Source of the DNA: Tubiluchus corallicola
Lineage: Eukaryota; Animalia; Priapulida
Length of the DNA: 51,428 nucleotides
NCBI GenBank assembly: GCA_030141605.1
Contig: JAQGDQ010000251.1
Location: 275,798 to 327,225 of the forward strand
Direction of reading: 5' to 3'
Shown here: one piece after another, positions 12,501 through 51,428 of the stretch
How the letters are laid out: each line of letters begins with the position of its first letter
Position numbering within the stretch: position 1 is the first letter of the stretch
Program-made: the position numbers and the translations under genes
The notes under the pieces: generated by a model
Database searches by the model: none
The model's input: only the letters and a program-made list of their open reading frames with translations
Told to the model about the DNA's origin: nothing

Positions 12501-13850
12501 CTATTTTTGCAACTACCGATATCATGATTGATACAACAGATGTATAAAATCGTTTTGTTTCTGTATTCTTGAAAATCAGGAATGGTCACTTTATCTAAGT
12601 GGTTGCTAGTATTACTGTGAATGTTATAATTTAGAAGTATATTCTTTACATACTTTAGGTTTTTTCTCCATCATCTGTTTAGGCAGCAAGTCTAGTGCCA
12701 AATGAGTCTTTAAGAATCTTGGGGATGGTTTTTTTGAAATTTGCTTGATTCCTGGACAACGTTTCTGTGGCGGGATCATCGGGAATCGTTCGATGAGTTC
12801 CTTTGATTTGGCCTCCACTGTGTTTGCATTATTGCACACCAACCAGACAATCTCTTGTGTCCATGTTGTACCTGCAATTAGACATTTTATCTGTAATTAT
12901 TATCTTCTGGTTGTGTACCTGTGGTAATTGTTCTGTTAGTGAAAAAGGAATTCAAAAAAATGTCAGGTTAATTGTCTCTGCTGCTTGATGATTCACGTAC
13001 TTTGACTTTCACTCAGGTACTCGGTGGGAACTCAAGAAGCTTCTTTCTTCTGTAAAATTCTTTTATTTTTGCAAACATGTTACTAGATTCATGTATCATT
13101 TACTTTTAATTATAAATGTGGTAAATCTTTGACATTAAGTGATAATAGTGTAATTTTAATCCAACATTTTGTTACACTTTCTGCAAGTTGTTACTTGTTC
13201 TTGCATCATATCATCAAATTTTCATAAACTGTAAAAATATAACAGTGTTAATTTAGCAGAGTAACAATGTAATATCATTAAAATTTGCTTAACATGCACA
13301 CATTGTTCCTGTCCTTTAAAATTTGAATAAACATTTGGAAAATTATGTATATACATACGTTTTTGTGCACTAGTGTCCTATTAGCATCATTACAAAATCT
13401 TGTAGATTTTAGCATTAGCTGAAATAAGGAAGCCTTCAAGCTCCATTTAGCTTCCTAAAATTAAGTGGTTTCTGGAACGGTTTTATACCTGAAATACAAT
13501 TTTTCTCTATATAGCAATTCATTTTTATGTTTGTTTTTATTTATTATAAGTGTACACTTACCACACTTAGGAAACGTTATAGCAAATATGTCGTCAGATC
13601 GTATTTCAAAATTGTCTATTTCGTCTTTTAACTTAACGATATATTGCAAAGGCACTGCAACACGTTTGCCAGGTAGTTGATAAAAGTCTCTTCCATTTGC
13701 CTCATATGCTTTAGTTAAGCTTCGTCTAAGTTTCTCTTGTTTGTAATATTTAACTCCGTAATAGGAGCCTAGTCCCACTAGCACTGCTCCAGCTCCTAAT
13801 GATGCACAAAGTTTTATGTCAATGTCCTTCAAAGAAATATGTGCAGCCAT
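9528..13850 (-). CDS. Cytosolic-type (Sulfotransfer_1 family) PAPS-dependent sulfotransferase; exons 13850-13562, 12871-12654, 10479-10359, 9585-~9528; 3'-truncated in this window
   Basis: Spliced translation shows the 5'-PSB loop DDIFAITFPKCGTTW, the catalytic His motif SPRFLKTHL, the 3'-PB motif IIYTTRNPKDALVSFYHH, and GFGSFWDH. All introns are GT-AG with matching phases (1,0,1). Exon 4 runs into satellite and hits TAA at 9526-9524; the C-terminal RKGxxGDW region is absent. Confidence 0.92.
9766..9957. repeat. Two diverged tandem copies of a ~96-bp unit in SULT intron 3
   Basis: GAATGAATTAAAGAGAAA...TTTTCCTCATTCGTCAGTT...ACAACTTCAC occurs twice, ~96 bp apart. Confidence 0.85.
10778..11320 (+). 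mobile_element. Non-autonomous TTAA-flanked DNA element (Kolobok/T2-MITE-like), copy 1
   Basis: Starts TTAA-AGGAAGGCAGGATGATTTTTCATATACTACCC and ends AAGATTGGGTTTGGTTTTGTG-TTAA. Colinear with 19255-19835 and 44654-45284. Confidence 0.75.
11920..12525. repeat. 51/52-bp minisatellite, ~12 copies, in SULT intron 2
   Basis: Unit GATTATTTTTCTATTTTTGCAACTACCGATATCACGATCGTTGTCAGTAT. Confidence 0.96.
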
Positions 13851-14828
13851 TTTATTTTGTGCCTGTTGTTGTTTGTATTGCGAGGACCATCGGCTACTGG
13901 TCTGAACAACCTTTGGCCATTAACTAGACTGTTATCAGTGATATGTTTGTAATAATTATCAATGTCCTTCAAAATCAGTTTGTTTTCATTTCTGTTTAGG
14001 AAAGAATTTTTTTCATAGGATTAGTGTGAGACTTTTTTATAAACATGTTTTTTATTTAATTTTATAAAGCCTAAAGTGAGCGGTTTAAATAAACTGATTT
14101 GAACCCCAGGCTTATACATACATTGAAAATTACAAAGTATGTATAGATGTAAGCAAATAATAAAGCATAGGAGGACATTACGTTATAAAAAAATCCATTA
14201 CACTCTGCAAACTTACTAATTTCTAAAGTACTGAATATCAAAATGACTAATTTCTACGTTGGAATCTTTTGGTCTCCTTAATATACCTCTGCACTCGGTG
14301 AAATATGTGAACATTTTGATTGTGGCTTAGTTGCAAATTACCAGATAGAAGAGTTGATATTTTATCCTGTGAATTGAGGTAAATTGAAATTAACAGCTAT
14401 GGGATTAGAAGTAAATAAATCACAGTGTTTTGATGGACTGTAGACTTTGTGTTAGACGTTGCTTTTATTGTTTTAATTATGGCAGTAACAGTCACTGTTA
14501 TAGAGCAAAAACACGTCTCTTAAACTAGAAAGTGCTTAGCATTTTCAATAAACGCAAAGAGACCTTGTGTACTAGCATCTCCTGATGAGAAAACTGTTAC
14601 CTGTAACAGTTTAAACTGTTCCACTTTCAGTGATAAAACATAGAAAACTGATTTTCTGTTTGAACACATATTGAGCGAACTAACCTGTCCTTGTAAACTA
14701 TATTACTGCAGTTTGTTGTTATTTAAAATTTACACGTCAGTTAACTTGAATTTTAAACAACGATGTACTATTTAGAATTTCGCTAGACATACGAAAAGAA
14801 ATTATTTATTGTTTTATGTTTTTTACAG

Positions 14829-50155
<35,327 letters not shown>

Positions 50156-50156
<1 letters not shown>

Positions 50157-50228
50157 ACATGTTGTGCTCGTGTTTACAATGGTCCTCGAATGTCAGCGCT
50201 TTGTTGTCGAATGCAGCACGTTCCAGTC
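50156..50228 (-). CDS. ITPR: ITPR C-terminal exon fragment ([24 protein letters not shown]), inverted and truncated
   Basis: TTTTAG acceptor at 50229-50230; phase 1 matches the preceding ...TCFICG exon; the sequence stops at HNM-TG where W is expected. Confidence 0.9.
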
Positions 50229-50998
50229 CTAAAACATTGAAATAAAATGACAACATGCAGTAAAAGCTGGACGACTGTGTAAGCACTAGTTCAAAATAAA
50301 TTACCTCAACAATATTGAAAACTCCAATAGCATTTTTTAAATGAAAGCTTATACTAAATAATAATTACCTCGGATACTTAAATTTTGTTAAACTTTTAAA
50401 GGTACGCACTGCTCAGCGAGTACTGGCAATGGCGCCTTTTGGTCACCAAATGCAGCCGACAAATAGGCGCTGCACCATGACAAGTATGATCATGAATTGC
50501 AGTGTTCTCCTGTGACATCAGTGTGAAATACAACTCATTTTTGTGATATCACATCAGCATCTTATAGCAATCTTCACTTACGCAAACATGCTTGATGCAC
50601 AGGGAAGATACCTACCATTGCACAAACTGCGGTTAGTTTGGCTGTGTTCGGTTGTCATTAATTAACTTTCCGACTTATTTAAATGTTAGAAACAGTTGCT
50701 AACATTTATAAGCAAGAAATTATATATTTTGGACAGTAAATTAAAATGGGTTCGAGTATAATTAATCGTCCGGTTTTCCTTTATTCAGGCAGTTTTTTAG
50801 TCTTCCTATGCAGCCTTACCAATAATGACTAACAACTTTCAACTACATAATAGCCATTCCTTTTTGTCACAAGGTGAAAGTAGGAATAAAAGAGGTAGGA
50901 ACAGGATCCAATCTAACAAACTTGTGATGCCTTCAGTTAAGTAAACTACCTAGTAAGTTAATTTGTCTAATGAATAAGGAAAAATTACGAGACTGTAC

Positions 50999-51331
50999 CG
51001 CATATAAAACACGTGTTCTTTAGAATCTCTTCTTTCTCTTGCTTCTCGCTTCTCAAATCAGCGAATGTGTCGATAATGACACCGAAGATCAAGTTGAGAA
51101 CAATGATGATGATGACAAAGAAGAACAGCAGGTCATAGAATATGCGGGGGATGTAAAGTGGTTCCTTGCTGCTGAGATTACGTAGGACATCACCGATGCC
51201 ACCACCATTTCGCAATCCCTGGTTCATTGTAGTGATAATGCACTTGAATAGAGTGTCGCAAGCTGGTTCAGTGTCGTCGTCATCATCATCATCATCGCCT
51301 GTATCCCTAGTTGCAGCACCGCGTAGTGCTT
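50999..51331 (-). CDS. ITPR: ITPR pore/TM6 exon, inverted relative to the rest of the gene
   Basis: [28 protein letters not shown]...[47 protein letters not shown]; TTTACAG acceptor and GTACAG donor. Confidence 0.96.
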
Positions 51332-51428
51332 CTGTAAAGAATCAAACAAACATTAATCTCCATTGCAAAAACATAATTATACTTTAGTAAGCACCAAGGG
51401 TAATTTAGTTTCACATTTTTTGGCTCGG

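Noticed and set aside
11920-12589. CRISPR-like appearance of the minisatellites, and the 99-aa repeat ORF
   Set aside because: Contiguous repeats with no unique spacers, no cas genes, eukaryotic intron context.
50999-51331. Ryanodine receptor or a separate convergent paralog (GGGIGD filter)
   Set aside because: Flanking [17 protein letters not shown] and TCFICG are IP3R-type. These are the exons missing from the plus-strand gene, and both strands break mid-exon at the same point.

Overview
AT-rich animal (invertebrate-like bilaterian) nuclear DNA with GT-AG introns; it is not prokaryotic. 1-8792 is a ~731-bp satellite (11 full copies plus 1 partial) that flips into one inverted monomer (8791-9527). 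That monomer joins directly to the middle of exon 4 of a minus-strand cytosolic-type sulfotransferase (4 exons, 13850 to 9528) with an unusual N-terminal hydrophobic anchor. 14829-50156 holds ~39 phase-consistent plus-strand exons of an inositol 1,4,5-trisphosphate receptor (ITPR), from the regulatory region into the TM region. At 50156 an exon is cut and joined to inverted downstream ITPR exons (pore GGGIGD and C-terminal Zn-site exons, minus strand). Introns contain hAT and Kolobok-like MITEs, mini- and microsatellites. Best leads: a 42-bp minisatellite built from the ITPR 3' splice site (~26 decoy acceptors), a 48-nt microexon resembling vertebrate ITPR1 SIIC, the nested anchored SULT, and three abrupt junctions that may be amplification or assembly chimeras. 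All calls come from manual reading; no searches were run.
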